64,000 bases of DNA from positions 806,001 to 870,000 of the forward strand of contig ML978131.1 of NCBI GenBank assembly GCA_010015805.1, read 5' to 3'. The DNA is from Rhizodiscina lignyota (lineage: Eukaryota). Below, in pieces: positions 47,854 to 60,914 of this stretch (position 1 is its first letter; every line of letters begins with the position of its first letter). A program made the translations under genes and the position numbers. The notes under the pieces are model-generated. The model was not told where the DNA came from. It did no database searches and saw only the letters and a program-made list of their open reading frames with translations.

Positions 47854-48465
47854 GCTGAGAGTTCGGATGATTCCTGGAATATTTCCTGCTACTTATGGAT
47901 GCTGGAGACGCACTGGTGGTGATGATGAGTCGACTGGAAGTGGCGACGACGCGATTTATATGGCGCGTGTGGTGACGCCTGAGCACGTGAGAGGCTTAAA
48001 TGCCATTTGGCGCTCTGATTGGTCAGTTTGTGAACATGTTGCTTTGGTATTCCGCATCGTCCTGCAGGATGTCTCCGCGGCCGACGATTCATATGACGGA
48101 ATGGCTTCAATTCAGGGTTTGAATTGATATTGAAGCGGAAATACTCAGAGTCATAATTAGAATCCTAATCATTGTGTTTGAGATCGCCGTCTACATATGT
48201 AAAGGCATGCGGCGGACATCATTCGGAGCACTTTTGGTGACATTCTCCGGCTACAAGGAGCTTGGCTAGATGTCTTGAGATCTAGACTGCGTAAAGAAGT
48301 GAAACTTCACTCCGAGCATCTTCACTAAGACTATAAGCTGGATCCATCTCTACTGTGCATTCAAAGCTGAATGTGCTTGAGGTTAAGTTGGTACCCCGCG
48401 GAGAGATCAGAGCAGGGGGGGGGGAGGAATGCCCTGATTGGCCAAAATGTGACCCCACAAGACAT

Positions 48466-48480
48466 GGAAGCTTCAAGAAA
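48466..48480. promoter_or_regulatory. Heat-shock element nGAAnnTTCnnGAAn upstream of cyclophilin-40
   Basis: gGAAgcTTCaaGAAa is a perfect three-unit HSE about 110 bp upstream of the ATG; a reverse CCAAT (ATTGG) lies at about 48437. Confidence 0.7.
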
Positions 48481-48587
48481 ATAGAGCTGCGCCTTCATGC
48501 TCCTTAACGCTTCAATTCCTCCTCGACTCACCGCTTTCAGGCTGAATAATCTTCTCTATAGCTTCGGTACCTCTAACATCCTCAAAG

Positions 48588-49926
48588 ATGGCAGCAGAGA
48601 ACGGTGCAGGTGAGCCTTGAGCGAATTCCACAGCGTTGAGCAACGTTTGCTAACAACTGAACAGCACCTGCGAAGCGCAGCCGCGTCTTCTTCGACATCT
48701 CCATTGGCAAGGTTCCAGCAGGCCGTGTAGCTTTCGAACTAGTAAGATCTACCCATTTAACTCTTTTATGGGACATGCTAACTCTTATCTGCAGTACAAT
48801 GACAGCAAGTATCCTTCCAAACCCTCAGCCTCGCGTTCCCACTGACCTCCCTCCAGTCGTCCCCAAAACCGCAGAAAACTTTCGCGCCCTCTGCACCGGC
48901 GAGAAGGGCCCCGGCAAGTCCGGTAAACCGCTCCATTACAAGGGCTCCGTCTTCCACCGCGTCATCAAGTCCTTCATGATCCAAGGCGGAGACTTCACGG
49001 CGGGCAATGGCACAGGCGGCGAGAGCATATACGGCGAGAAGTTCGAGGACGAGAACTTTGCGCTCAAGCACGAAAAGCCGTTCCTGCTAAGCATGGCAAA
49101 TGCTGGTCCGGGCACGAATGGCAGCCAGTTCTTCGTGACGACGGTGCCGACGCCGCATTTGGACGACAAGCATGTTGTGTTTGGCGAGGTGATTTCGGGC
49201 AAGAGCATAATTAGGCAAGTCGAGAATCTCAAGACTACGCCGAATGACAAACCGGAAAAGGATACGATAATAACGGGTATGTCAAACGCATTCAAATTGG
49301 ATTGACTGGTTTCAGTAACACAGACAGATTGTGGCGAGCTACTTGGTGAAGCATATGACAAGGCAACCGAGAAGGTGCCAGACGCGACAGGCGACCCGTA
49401 CGAGGACTATCCCGACGATCAAGGCAAAGATCTGTCAGGCCAGGAGATCCTCAAGATCGCGACAGACCTGAAAGATATGGGCAACAAGGCCTTCAAGGCA
49501 GGCCACAACGCTCTTGCTCTGGCCAAATACGAGAAGGGCATCCGCTATCTGCACGAGTATCCCGCGGCACAGGAGACTGACCCTCCAGAACTCTTCCCTA
49601 AGCTCACGGCGCTGAAAGTCTCGCTGTACAACAACAGCGCGATGCTGCAGAACAAGACGGGCGACTACGATGGTGCGATCACGAGCGCCACGTACGCGCT
49701 GAACCTGGCAGATGTGGGAGACGCGGACAAGGCCAAGGCGTACTTCCGCCGCGCGCAGGCACGAAGCTCGAAAAGGGCCGACGACGAGGCCATCAAGGAC
49801 CTGGAAGAGGCGAAGAAATATGCGCCAAACGACGGTGCGATCCTCAAGGAGCTTGCTGCGGCCAAGGCGAGGGCATCACAGAGGTTGAAGAAGGAGAAGG
49901 AGGCATACAAAAAGTTCTTCGACTAA
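48588..49926 (+). CDS. CPR6: Cyclophilin-40 (PPIase D, Hsp90 co-chaperone with TPR domain)
   Basis: Motifs [64 protein letters not shown] and HVVFG, then TPR repeats ending YKKFFD*. Five exons including a 10-nt micro-exon. Confidence 0.96.
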
Positions 49927-50817
49927 GATTCATGCGTGGTATGTGCAAGGGGTCCCGGGAGCGCCACGATGACGTGAATAAGATCTGGGTGTAGCTGGTT
50001 CTATTGGACGGCTATTGCCAATATTCAAGCACCAGGGCGAAAGTTGAAACTAGACAGTGCAGCGGCGCGTCCTTCCAAGGTAGGATTCTGGAATTCCTTG
50101 GAGGTTAGATTTGCCCTTTTCAGCAAGGGAGTGAGGAGCATTGGCCCTAGATGCTCGAACAATGGTAGCTATGAATAGATGAGAAAATGTAAACGAATGC
50201 GGAAAAGTAAGGAGTTACGAGAGCGCGCTCGAAAACACGCTGAAACGACGCGTTTGAAAGGGATTCCGGTCGTAGCCGTCAGCGCTAGGGCTGAGCAGTC
50301 TGTTCCTGACAGGAGATGGAGCAAAGACGAGCTCGGTTTGTCGCTCAGCGCAGCCCGATTCGTGCCTCCAGGCCATGCACGATGCAGGATGACGACGATA
50401 GGGGACCGCGTCGGGGAAGGTCGCAGTGCACGGTCAGCTGCCTCCCTTTGATGCACCCAACTCTCTTCCCACTGCTGCCCACCTCTCCTCCCAAGCGCCC
50501 GGAATTGAACACCACAGTATCGTCGTCTTCTCTTCGCAATTGTGTGCGTGATCTTTGGGGCTTGTCTGCCTCAGATCGAGCGTTGGCACGCGACCCTGCA
50601 TTCCTGATTGGGCCTGGCTTGACCCTGCAAAAGCCACAACCGAGAAGCGCACCTGGCACAGCTGCCCGTCCGACCCTCTCCCACATCAACTCACCGAGAA
50701 CATTGCGCGGCCGCCTACGCACTTCAGGACAAGTATCCTTCAGCAGCCTCTTCTCTTTCTGCTCGATCGTCCACCATTTCACAGCATTGAGGGCGCGACC
50801 CCTCTGACAAGCACCGG

Positions 50818-52047
50818 ATGTCTGCTTCGTTAGACTCAACGCAGGCCACGGGCGAAGGGCTCCCAACCAGCAGCAATGACGTGACAATGGCCAACGACAG
50901 CGATGCTACACCTCAGGCATCGCTGAAGGAGAAGGATAAGGACGGCAAGAAGCGCCGCTTCTTCGGCCTGGGCAAGAGGAAGGAATCCTCTGAGAAGACA
51001 CCCACCAAGTCTAGCACCAGCACCAGCACCCCGACCACTGTCACCTCACCATCAAATAAAGATACTGCTCAACCTCTCGAAATCCCTCGTCCAGCACCGC
51101 GATCACCGCCTACTGGTGCTCAGAGTTCCCTCTCCGCCGCTGCCTCACCGGCCCGATCGTCGCGATATCGCTCGTCGTCTCCGCGCCTGCATTCCCCAGC
51201 GTCCTCGCTAATCTTCGAGCGCAACGTGCAGGATGATCGCATCCCGGACGACATGTCTGCTAACATACCATCGCATATTCAGACTGAGGACTACATCCCG
51301 GCGGTGCTGGAAGCGAGCTCGCTCGCAATCACGGACGAGCATCTCAACCCGGACGAGGTCGAAATCGTGATGCACGCGGCGCACCAGCCGGCCGCAGAAA
51401 AGGTACATGTAGCAAGCGGCGCTGGCACTCTGACGCCAGGTGCGAGCGACACCAGCGCGATAAGTCCTATCCAGGGCCTCTCGCCCATCGAGGACTTCGG
51501 CATGAACCTGCACCAATCGCTCGAGTCGACGCAGAATTCGGTCGCAAATCAATTCGCCCCGCCAGGCGACGACGCAAACAGCAGCTACGGCGGGTACGAC
51601 ACGCACGACGTGCGCCGTCTCAGCTTCATCTCCTTCGCCGACGTCGTGCAGAGTGAGCATGTTGAAAGCAGCCGGGATAGCGTCATGCATATGAGTTTGA
51701 GTCTGAGCGGCAGCACGGCGAACAGGAGCCCGAGTCCGGTGAGGAGTCCTGCGAGCAGTCATGGTGTGGGAGGTGGGACAAGCCCGCCGACGAGTGGGGC
51801 ACCGAGTATGAAGGGGTTGGATATTGGTGCTGCGACGACGAGTGGGAAGGGAACTGGTGCGGGTGCGGGCATGAGGGTGACGTCAGGCAGTCCGACGACG
51901 GTACCGCATAGTCCTCGTACGGAGGGCGGTGGGGAGATTGTGGTGGAGACGATGAGACAGGCGCTGCAGCATACGGAGAGTGGTGATTTGGTGCCTAAGA
52001 GCGCGGTTGAGAGGGGCGAGGGAGAGGAGTCCCATGTGTTTAGATGA
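50818..52047 (+). CDS. Conserved-looking fungal Ser/Pro-rich hypothetical protein
   Basis: 409-aa ORF with motif-like islands IFERNVQ, IPSHIQTEDYIPAVLEASSLAITD, RRLSFISFADVV and VETMRQAL in a disordered background. Confidence 0.75.
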   Translation: MSASLDSTQATGEGLPTSSNDVTMANDSDATPQASLKEKDKDGKKRRFFGLGKRKESSEKTPTKSSTSTSTPTTVTSPSNKDTAQPLEIPRPAPRSPPTGAQSSLSAAASPARSSRYRSSSPRLHSPASSLIFERNVQDDRIPDDMSANIPSHIQTEDYIPAVLEASSLAITDEHLNPDEVEIVMHAAHQPAAEKVHVASGAGTLTPGASDTSAISPIQGLSPIEDFGMNLHQSLESTQNSVANQFAPPGDDANSSYGGYDTHDVRRLSFISFADVVQSEHVESSRDSVMHMSLSLSGSTANRSPSPVRSPASSHGVGGGTSPPTSGAPSMKGLDIGAATTSGKGTGAGAGMRVTSGSPTTVPHSPRTEGGGEIVVETMRQALQHTESGDLVPKSAVERGEGEESHVFR

Positions 52048-54937
52048 TCCATGGAGGGCTATATGGGTAGCTTGGTGTGTGAGAGGTCGCGAGGGTCTTC
52101 CGAAGGAGTTTTCTATGGCATGTCTTATAGGTGGATATGGAATGGCGATGGGGACTTTCTGGACAGTATTTCTGGAACTTTGGGATGGGAACATGGTATG
52201 TGGAGCTACAATGCTCTCTCGGAACGAGCTGTGAGATAACCTCGTTAATTTGATGATACTTCCTCTGCGATATATTGCGGGGTGTGCTTCGTGACGATAT
52301 CGCTAGCTATAAATTGCTGAGCAGACTCGAAGAATTCTTTTCACCAGCTCCATTCGAGGGAGATCAGAATCCAATCAAGCTTGCCATGGCTATGGACACT
52401 TGCTTTGCCCACCACTGTAAATGGCTGCTTTGTAATGAATCGGTTGCACGATTGCGGTACTGGGTCGTGTTGAAAGAGATGGGTCGGACGTGGCAAAGAC
52501 ACCTAGAGAAGCCACTAAACAATACTGGAAAAAGAGCTCGCAGAAATGCTTCGACTTGGACTCGGCAGCATCGAAAGAATATTATGCAGGGAGACTGATC
52601 TTAGGCGAATAGTGTTTGAAAGCATTGCTAGCGAGGAAATAGTGTACGTCCGTCATATGTCCAAGCAATAGCTCAGACCAGGAGTTCGGGACTGCGCAAT
52701 GGACTCCAGATCTAAGACAATGCAGGCTTTGTTATTGATGGCTTGGCCAAAAAGGTCGCTATCGTGATGTTGAAATAGGATCTCGGAGAACGTGCCGATT
52801 GTTTGAGAGAGGCACCTTCGAACATCAAACGCTTGCTTCGATGTCGTTTTGCAGCCCCCTTGCTCAAATCATGTTACAGAGTGTTGTCGGGTGTGTGTTA
52901 GTTAGCAGCCGTGTTAAAGGTAGCGGCGATAGACATCGAGAACAGTATTTGCGGACATGAGACATATGAGATAATACGAGAATACTATCGACACCCTAGC
53001 CTTCCAATTACAACTTGCTACCGAAATTTGAGACACTGGTCAGTCGTTTGAATAGGCAAGTTTGGGATATGTCAACATTGGACAAGCCGTCGACCATATC
53101 CCAACAACGGTCAAACATGACAGCAATGTTGGAGAGGTCTGAGGAGATCTGGGCTCTCTCATCCCACCGGACTTGTAGCTCCTTTTCGAAGGCAGCGACA
53201 TTATGAGGTCTGATATAAGACCAGGAGCGACCACTCACAGCGCGTGTCAGGGGACCCATTTTCGCAATTGGCGCGCCATGCGTGGCATTCCCTAGTCCCT
53301 TCACCCATCATCCATGAAGCGTCCCCTTCAATCGATCTGCAAATTCCGGGGCCAACTTTCATGCTCGCGACTTGCCAGTGGCTTTCCCGCAAGATTGCAA
53401 GGAAGCGCCAATCCCATTCGGAGCATTTTCGCAAAGAGGCTTCGAGCTGGCGTGGAGGATTGGCCAGGGCCGGGCCTGTAGGGAAGCCGGGCCTGCAGGC
53501 AATATGCCTCTGGGAATGACACTTCAGTAGCGGCGAGCGGAGGCGTGTCAGTGTACGACTGTGCGATCTTCATGCATTCTCGGTCGCACCGCGGAGGCAT
53601 ACGATCGCGTGATATGGATTGTGCTTTGATTAAGAGATTTCCATGATGCGGACCGCTCCGCGGCGCGCCGTCGCCCGAGTCAGATGGCCTGCTGCTTTTC
53701 GTGCTGGCGAGAGGGCATTACCGGTAGCGCGGACGAACAGCTGTCATGCTGTGCGCACGCCGTCCCAGCAGCGCGATCAGCCTCCAAAAGTCTATCCGGG
53801 TAGCGAGAAGACGGGCAGTGTGCCATTGGAGGCCGCTCGCCACATGGCAGCGTGCTGGACAGACAGGAAAAAGCAACGTTGCAGGCCGTGGAGCGTCGAG
53901 GTTTCAGGTTTCGCGGAGACGTGGCCAGCGCGCCGGTGATTGGTGTGCCTTTTGGGGGTTGCCAGCCACGCCTGCTTTAAGCAGAGCGTGCCTGGGGCGC
54001 GCTCCTGTTCGGCGCAGAGGTACCGGCGTGAGGTAACGAGAGGCCTGCGCGAGGATGCCCTCGTACCGAGCGACTGGTGCGCACCACCTCGTCCTGCCGC
54101 CGCCTCCGCCGGGTCAGGCTTGTGCACCACCACCTCGACGCACTCCCAGCGACCTGCTTCAAGCGTTACCTAACCACCGACACTCGACCTACGGCCTCAA
54201 TCCCCAAGCCGAATCAGAGAGCCCCCTGCTCAGCACTCTCTCGCAGCATCTCGCGCGCATTGCCCGCGCCAATCGCTGGGCCAGAGACGCTGGGCCAGAA
54301 ACGCTGCAGGGCGCATTTCGCGCACCACCGCTCTGGCGACGATATTGCTTCTGCCCAGCTGCTCTGCCAGCTGCTTCTTCCCTCGCGTTCCCCCACAAAA
54401 CGTGCAAAAGACTCCGAGACGCTTCGCCCGGAAGTGATATGCGCAGGCGGCGACACTCCCTCCCACGGTGCGAATTGTGCGTCGCGAGATACTGAAGCAA
54501 TCTCGGCGGGTTGGTAACCTCCATGTCCTGACCCTCGCCGACGCACCGCTGATGAGAACGACGACCGACAGCGACGCCGTCTCCTTGTCTTTTGCACGCG
54601 CTCCCTACGCTCGAAGACGCCCGCCGATTGCACATAACAGCGTCAACTACACATAATACGCAATACCACTGTCCTTATACCCCCGAACGGAGCTAGCGAA
54701 TCAAGCGGACCTTTGAAACCATCTCTCCGCATCGAAGCGCAGATGCAGATGCCATTGCAACTCAAAGCCTTGCTGATCCGCAGTGTGTATACGTTAGACT
54801 ACAACGGCCACGCTGCCGACAGCTGCTGAATAATTTCTAAATCCCATTTACTCTCTGGCCGAGCCCATCACGCCACCACGACGGAGCCGCCAGACGAGAC
54901 ACTCGAGGAGGCTCTCGCAGCAGGCGAGAGAGCCAGA

Positions 54938-57900
54938 ATGGAGAGGAGTCGCCCGTGGAAGGGGCGCCGAGGTGAGTACGAGCGCGAGGGCTCGCAGTCG
55001 AGCTATGATAGCGTGCGACATCGAGGCATGGAGGAGCCGCTGCAGGCGCGCATCCCGTTTCCTCCTACCATCCGCTCGGTCACGCCCGAGTCGGTACCGG
55101 ACCTGGGACGACAGCATACATCAGGGGGCAGAAAGAACAGTATATTCAGCGCTTCCGAGCACATGTCGCCTCCTTCGTCCCCGCCGCAAGTGGTCCGCCA
55201 CAGACATAGCCAGCGAGAGATATTGCTCAGTAGACCCGGAGCGGCGCGGACAACGTCGGATAACGCTGCTATTGGGAATGGAGGGACTACGCCTGCTGCG
55301 ATTAAAGAGCTGCAAAATCGTCCGAGGACCAGGACGCTGGAGGAGCGGAATCGCGAGACTTCGCCCTCCAGCTTCCTCCGTAAGGCGCGGAACCGCATGG
55401 GCTCGGTAGGAAGCACGGCATCGAGCGCTTATCATGGCTCGGAAGAGACGGTCACTTCAATTGGGCATCCCTCGACGATACCTTCGTCTATGCCGCCTCC
55501 GAGCTCGGCCACATCGCTCCGATCTACGAAATCGAACCGCAATCGCATTGTGAAGCAGCAACCTCAACGAAGCACTTCGCCAGTCTCTTCGACCGCATCG
55601 CAGATTGATCTCCCGCCGCGCGCGATCCCGACGGCCAATGCACGCAGGATCTTCCATTTGATGCGCTCCACTTGCGGCCGCATGGAGGGCATGTTGGCTT
55701 TCCGGCGCGGTGAAACGAGTCCTTGGGCGCTCGCATATTGCATTATCAACGACGAGTCTGGCAGTCTGGTTTACGAACCTAAGAGCGACGCATCATACTA
55801 TCGCACTTTAGTTTCGGACTTGAGAAGCTGCCAAGTCCGCACGGCGTTGGATCCAGAAAGCCACCACCCTTACCTGGATGTGAGTCCGCACAGCAGCAAC
55901 TTGGAAATTCATTTACGGCCGCACAGCCAGGATGAGTATGAGAGCTGGTTTGCGGCATTGCTTTGTTGGCAACCTATCCAACCGAAGGGCATCATGAATC
56001 GCATGGCCAAGAGTCAAGTTGGTATGGCTATAGAGCGCAGACTAGTCGATAGCAGACGGCATTCAGAAGTCAGCTTGCTGAAAGAAGCGCCAATCATCAA
56101 GGTCGGCAAGATGATATTCTGGGATACCGTGGTGACCAGCGAGATTGGCTTCCGGAGCACCGGGCGAAGCGCCGGCAGTCGGAGTATGCGGCGGTGGAGA
56201 AGAGTGAGCTGCACGCTCAGGGAGAACGGCGAGATGAAACTGTACTCGGAAAACGACGTGTCGCTCGTCAGCGTGGTGCAATTGGCGCAGCTCTCGCGAT
56301 GCGCCATCCAGCGCTTGGATGCCTCGGTCTTGGATACGGATTTCTGCCTTGCGATTTACCCCCAGTATACTTCAAGTCCGGGCAATCAGACGAACGTGCG
56401 CCCGATATTCTTGAGCATGGAGACGAGAGTCTTGTATGAAGTCTGGCTCGTGCTGCTCCGCGCGTTCACGCTACCCCAGCTGTACGGGCCGAAGCAGTCG
56501 TTTAATCCACAGGAAGAGCAGCAGCCGTATGCGACGCCCGGGTCGGACATGTTTCGCATGGAGCGCTCGATTTGGATGAGAGTGCTGCAGGCGAAGATGA
56601 CTCCGCCGTTGAGTCCTTCGACGGGTGTGGAGATGACATTGCCACGACATCCGAATGATAGGACGACATATTCTGGAGGCTTTTATACCGAGATTCTTCT
56701 GGATGGGGAGACTAGAGGGAAGACGATTCCACTCAAGGAGGCGCTGACACCGTTCTGGCGCGAGGACTTTGACTTCTTGGACTTACCTGCAGGATTGTCG
56801 ATCATGTCGATGCGCCTGAAAGAGAGGCCAGATGATGCCCCTCCTCCGAAAGAGCGCTCTTTAAGAGAAGAAGTACGGCGCATGTACGATTCGACAGCCG
56901 CTTCTACTGGCACTAGCAGCAGCTCCTCCGGCAGCTCGACCGACCAGACCGTCGGACAATGCGACATCTACCTCGACGACTTGGAATCATCCCGCGAGGT
57001 CGAGAAGTGGTGGCCCCTGATCAACAAATACGGCCAGAACGTTGGTGAAGTTCAACTCGCCATCCGCGCCGAGGAAGCAGTCATCCTCATGGCTAGAGAC
57101 TACCAGCCTCTTTCCGAACTCCTGCACCGCTTCTCAAACGGCCTAACACTCCAAATCGCGCAAGTTCTATCCGGCCAACTGACAAAGCTCTCAGAGCACC
57201 TTCTTAACATCTTCCAAGTCAGCGGCAAAGCTTCTGAATGGCTCATGGCCCTCGTGGAAGAGGAAATCGACTCCGCCGGCGGCGGGAAGGAAGCGCCTAA
57301 GATCAACTCCGTCAACCGGCTACGCTTCTCTAAACGCATGGGCAGCAGCTCCGGCGGGCCCAGACATGACGGCAGCAGCAGTGGCGCAAGTGGGCTGGAC
57401 ATCAACATTCTCGACAGCCCCGAAGGCGGCGGCGGCGGTAGCAGCAGCAGGCACAACATCGACCGCGAGCTGTTCGTGCGCGACATGGGCAAGAACGCTG
57501 CCCTCGAAGCTAATCTGCTGTTCCGCGCGAACACGCTGTGCACGAAGAGTCTGGATCTGCACATGCGCCGCTTGGGTCGCGAGTACTTAGACAACACGCT
57601 GGGTGACAAGATGAAAGAGATCACGGATAAAGATCCCGACTGCGAAGTCGATCCGAACCGTGTGGAGTCGCAGCCCGAGCTCGAGAGGAATTGGCGACGC
57701 TTGCTGGGCTGGACGAGCGAGATCTGGAAGACCATATACGCGAGCATTAACCAGTGTCCGCCGGAGCTGAGGTTGATATTCAGGCATGTCATGGCTTGTG
57801 CGGAGGATCGGTATGGCGATTTCCTCAGGACGGTGCGGTATAGTAGTGTCAGTGGGTTTTTGTTCCTCAGGTTCTTTTGTCCGGCGGTGTTGGGGCCGAA

Positions 57901-59107
57901 ACTGTTTGGGCTGTTGAAAGGTACGTTGAGCACTTCTTTTCTTACAGTGTTTTTGACTGTGTTGTACGGAGTGTTTCTCTGGACACTTCCCCTCTGCACC
58001 TTTCTGTACACTTCTTTAAACACTTCCCATAACACTTCCTATCATACTCTTAAGAGTGTTCTTGAGAGTGTTTGATGTATGCTGCACGTCTAAACAATCA
58101 TACTAATTCAAAACTCTACAGAAAACCCAAGGCCAAAAGCCCGCAGAGCCCTAACATTCATCGCCAAGATCCTCATGGCGCTCGCCAACGTCTCGACATT
58201 CGGCATCAAAGAGCCCTGGATGGAGCCCGCGAACTCATTTCTCCAATCCCACCGCCAGCAGTTCAAAGACTTTGTCGATAACATCTGCAGTATTCCATCG
58301 TCCACCGCAACAGCAATAACGGCGATTCAGCCCTCTTACAGCACTCCGCTTGCAATCTTACAACGTCTTCCACCCGGCTCAAGAGAAGGCTTCCCGAGCT
58401 TACCGTATCTCATCGATCATGCTAGGAGCTTCGCTGAGTTGGTCGAACTTTGGCTTGAGAATACGAAGAATATTACGTCCACGATGCAGGGCAGTGAAGG
58501 CAATGGAGACCTACTCAGATTCCACAACATTTGCGCTGCGTTGCGCAAGCGCACACAAGATGTCCTGGCCAGAGCCGAGCGAGCTGAACGACCAGGCAGC
58601 GCGCTGGAGGCGAAATGGGAAGCTGTCGTCGACGAGCTTGCCCGAGATTCCAGCCTGAGCTTGGGTGCTAGCCCCGCAGCAGTCGGCCAGATCTTCCCTC
58701 AACCTCCAGGGAGTAGTCATGGCAGAAGCGGCGGCTCTCAACTCGACAGAGGAGGCACCGGCGCATCGATGTCAAGTTCGGCAAGTCAGTACGCCGCCAG
58801 CGAGTCGACTATGGACGAGCAGCTCCTCTTGGCGGAGCGTGGCATGGGCAGTTTGGAGCTGAACGGGAGTCGCAGTGCTGACGGTGGATTCTGGACCGAG
58901 GACACTGAGGATACCGATTTGGAGCTTATGAAGGGTAGGATGTGGACCGCTAGTGGCGGTGAGATGGAGACTACTGCGTTGCCGAGCATGGAGAGAGAGG
59001 GGACTAAGAAAGAGTGGAAGGGGAAGTTAGGTGAGGGTGGCGAGGCGAGCCGCAGTAAGGAGAAAATGTTCAGTTTTCCGTTCAAGAAGAAGAAAGATGG
59101 AAGGTAG
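54938..59107 (+). CDS. Ras GTPase-activating protein, Bud2/Cla2-like (PH-like, C2 and RasGAP domains)
   Basis: C2-type TPFWREDFDFLDLP, arginine-finger region LLFRANT, and signature SGFLFLRFFCPAVLGPKLF. Intron 57921-58121 joins to ENPRPKARRALTFIAKIL and KEPWM. Confidence 0.92.
57929..58072. repeat. Degenerate 12-bp-period repeat (ACACT / AGTGT cores) inside the RasGAP intron
   Basis: Successive units such as cttacagtgttt, tacggagtgttt, ctctggacactt, tttctgtacact, tctttaaacact, tcccataacact, cttaagagtgtt, cttgagagtgtt. Confidence 0.65.
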
Positions 59108-60914
59108 GCGGCAACGCCTGCGTCGGCCTTTTGCTTTTCAGTTGTTGATTTTTTTTGGATTTGATTTTGCCAGTGTGGAAGCGTTGCGATGGTTGGCCGA
59201 GCAGTGGCTTTCAGGTCCGCTCCGTGCCCTCGGAATGATGGACGATGGTCAAGGCTTGACGAATTTCTTACGATCAGACTACCCCCTCTTGTTTCTTTGT
59301 CCTTTTTGGATTTCGCTTCGAACTCCATCGAGTTTACGAGCTCGGAACTTGACATTTCTTTGCGAGAAGCATAGCTTGGTGCGTTGCAGACTGGCCGGGC
59401 GGCATTTTGTGTTGAAACTTGAAGCACCTTTTGGACATACCTTATACCTTTGCATATGGTAGCGTTCGGCGGCGGCGGCCCTCTTGATTTTTTGATTATG
59501 GCGCGCGCGTTGTGGGAGAGTGCGAGTAGTGGAATAGTACATAGTTGTGGCAATGGAGTGGCATTGCTGGAGATGGTCTTACGTTCACTCGGTCAAGAGA
59601 CTACAAGTAAAAAGAGGTGACAATGGAAAACTGGTTCTGAGACCTCAGACAGCAACTCACAATATCCAAAATTCTTCGCCAGACCACATACATTCCAACT
59701 TCTCCGTCTCTCTTCTTTACTCCTCCATCAGCAACTACACTCTGGTCACTTCATTGATATTCAGCTTGCGTACGATGCGGTGTTTGCCCCTGCCGACAAA
59801 GACGGAGTACACCGCTCAATCGATGTCACTCACATGCCTTACATTACTGACAAAGCAGAACTTGAGGCTTTGGCTTGGGCCTTCAACCTGGGATGCAGCT
59901 CCGTTCTCAATGGCCGGGTGGCACTTCACCGCTAAACCTGGACGACAATATGTTCTCTTCTCTATGACGGAATTTCTATTTCTCGGTGCGGCGGCGGTGG
60001 GCCTAGGGTTTGATGGAGATGCGCGGATTTGCGGGATGCGAGGAGTCGAGTGTGCAGCGGTGGCTGTGGAAAGACATTGCTCGTGGTGATTTTGATACTA
60101 GGCCCGATATCCACCTAGACAAAAGGGGGCTTCGGGTGTGCAAAGGCCGATGTTGGATTAACATGTGCCTGGAAGTGATGAGATTCTGCACGAGGTGCAG
60201 CGGATGCTGGAGCGATCATGTACCTCGCCGTACTCAGATGCTGCACATATCGAAGATCATGCTAGAGTTATCGTGTGGCTGAGACCGATTGGATCCCGAA
60301 CGTAACACAAGTGATGCTGCACATGGCGTGCGCTCGAACCCGATGAGATTCTGCAGGCGGCACAAATCCATGCTGCGTTATCGTGCACCCGAGATCGATG
60401 AGATCCGGAAGACATTGAATTCAATGCTCTTGTTCCGTGGACCCGTGTCAAGTGGAAAGCTGCGTCACACTACGGAGCACATTGGAGGTTCAATAGCACT
60501 ATCATTTCCGGTTCTCTGGGTGAAATGATTTCCAATTCAATTTGCACTGTACCATCAAATACCGGTCTAACGGCCAGCTGACATTTACAGGATGCCAAGT
60601 GATTAATCTGTCCTCCCGCACGCCTAAAGGGGTCATTCGGAAAGGTTCGAGTTGAGAGAAACATGTTTTCTACTCTAGCGATCTGGGTACTTAATCTCTT
60701 AGTCTGAACTCATCAGTTTCTTATCCAATGTACGAGGGTTTTGAACGGTTACTGGCGCCCCTTCGACTTGACGACCCCACGAAATCAGTCATAGGGGTCA
60801 TAAAGAAGACAATTTACATCAGGAATTTGTAATTAGATGATTAACTGCTTCATCAATCTATTAACTCTCCCACATGGTGCCTCCAACTCCAAGACGATCC
60901 ACTTCTACGACCCA

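Noticed and set aside
52100..54937. Numerous GC-rich ORFs upstream of the RasGAP
   Set aside because: Arg/Ala/Pro-rich in all frames, typical of GC-rich promoter/5' UTR DNA, with no domain motifs.
57100..58035. 311-aa minus-strand ORF
   Set aside because: Antisense to the RasGAP domain and its repetitive intron.
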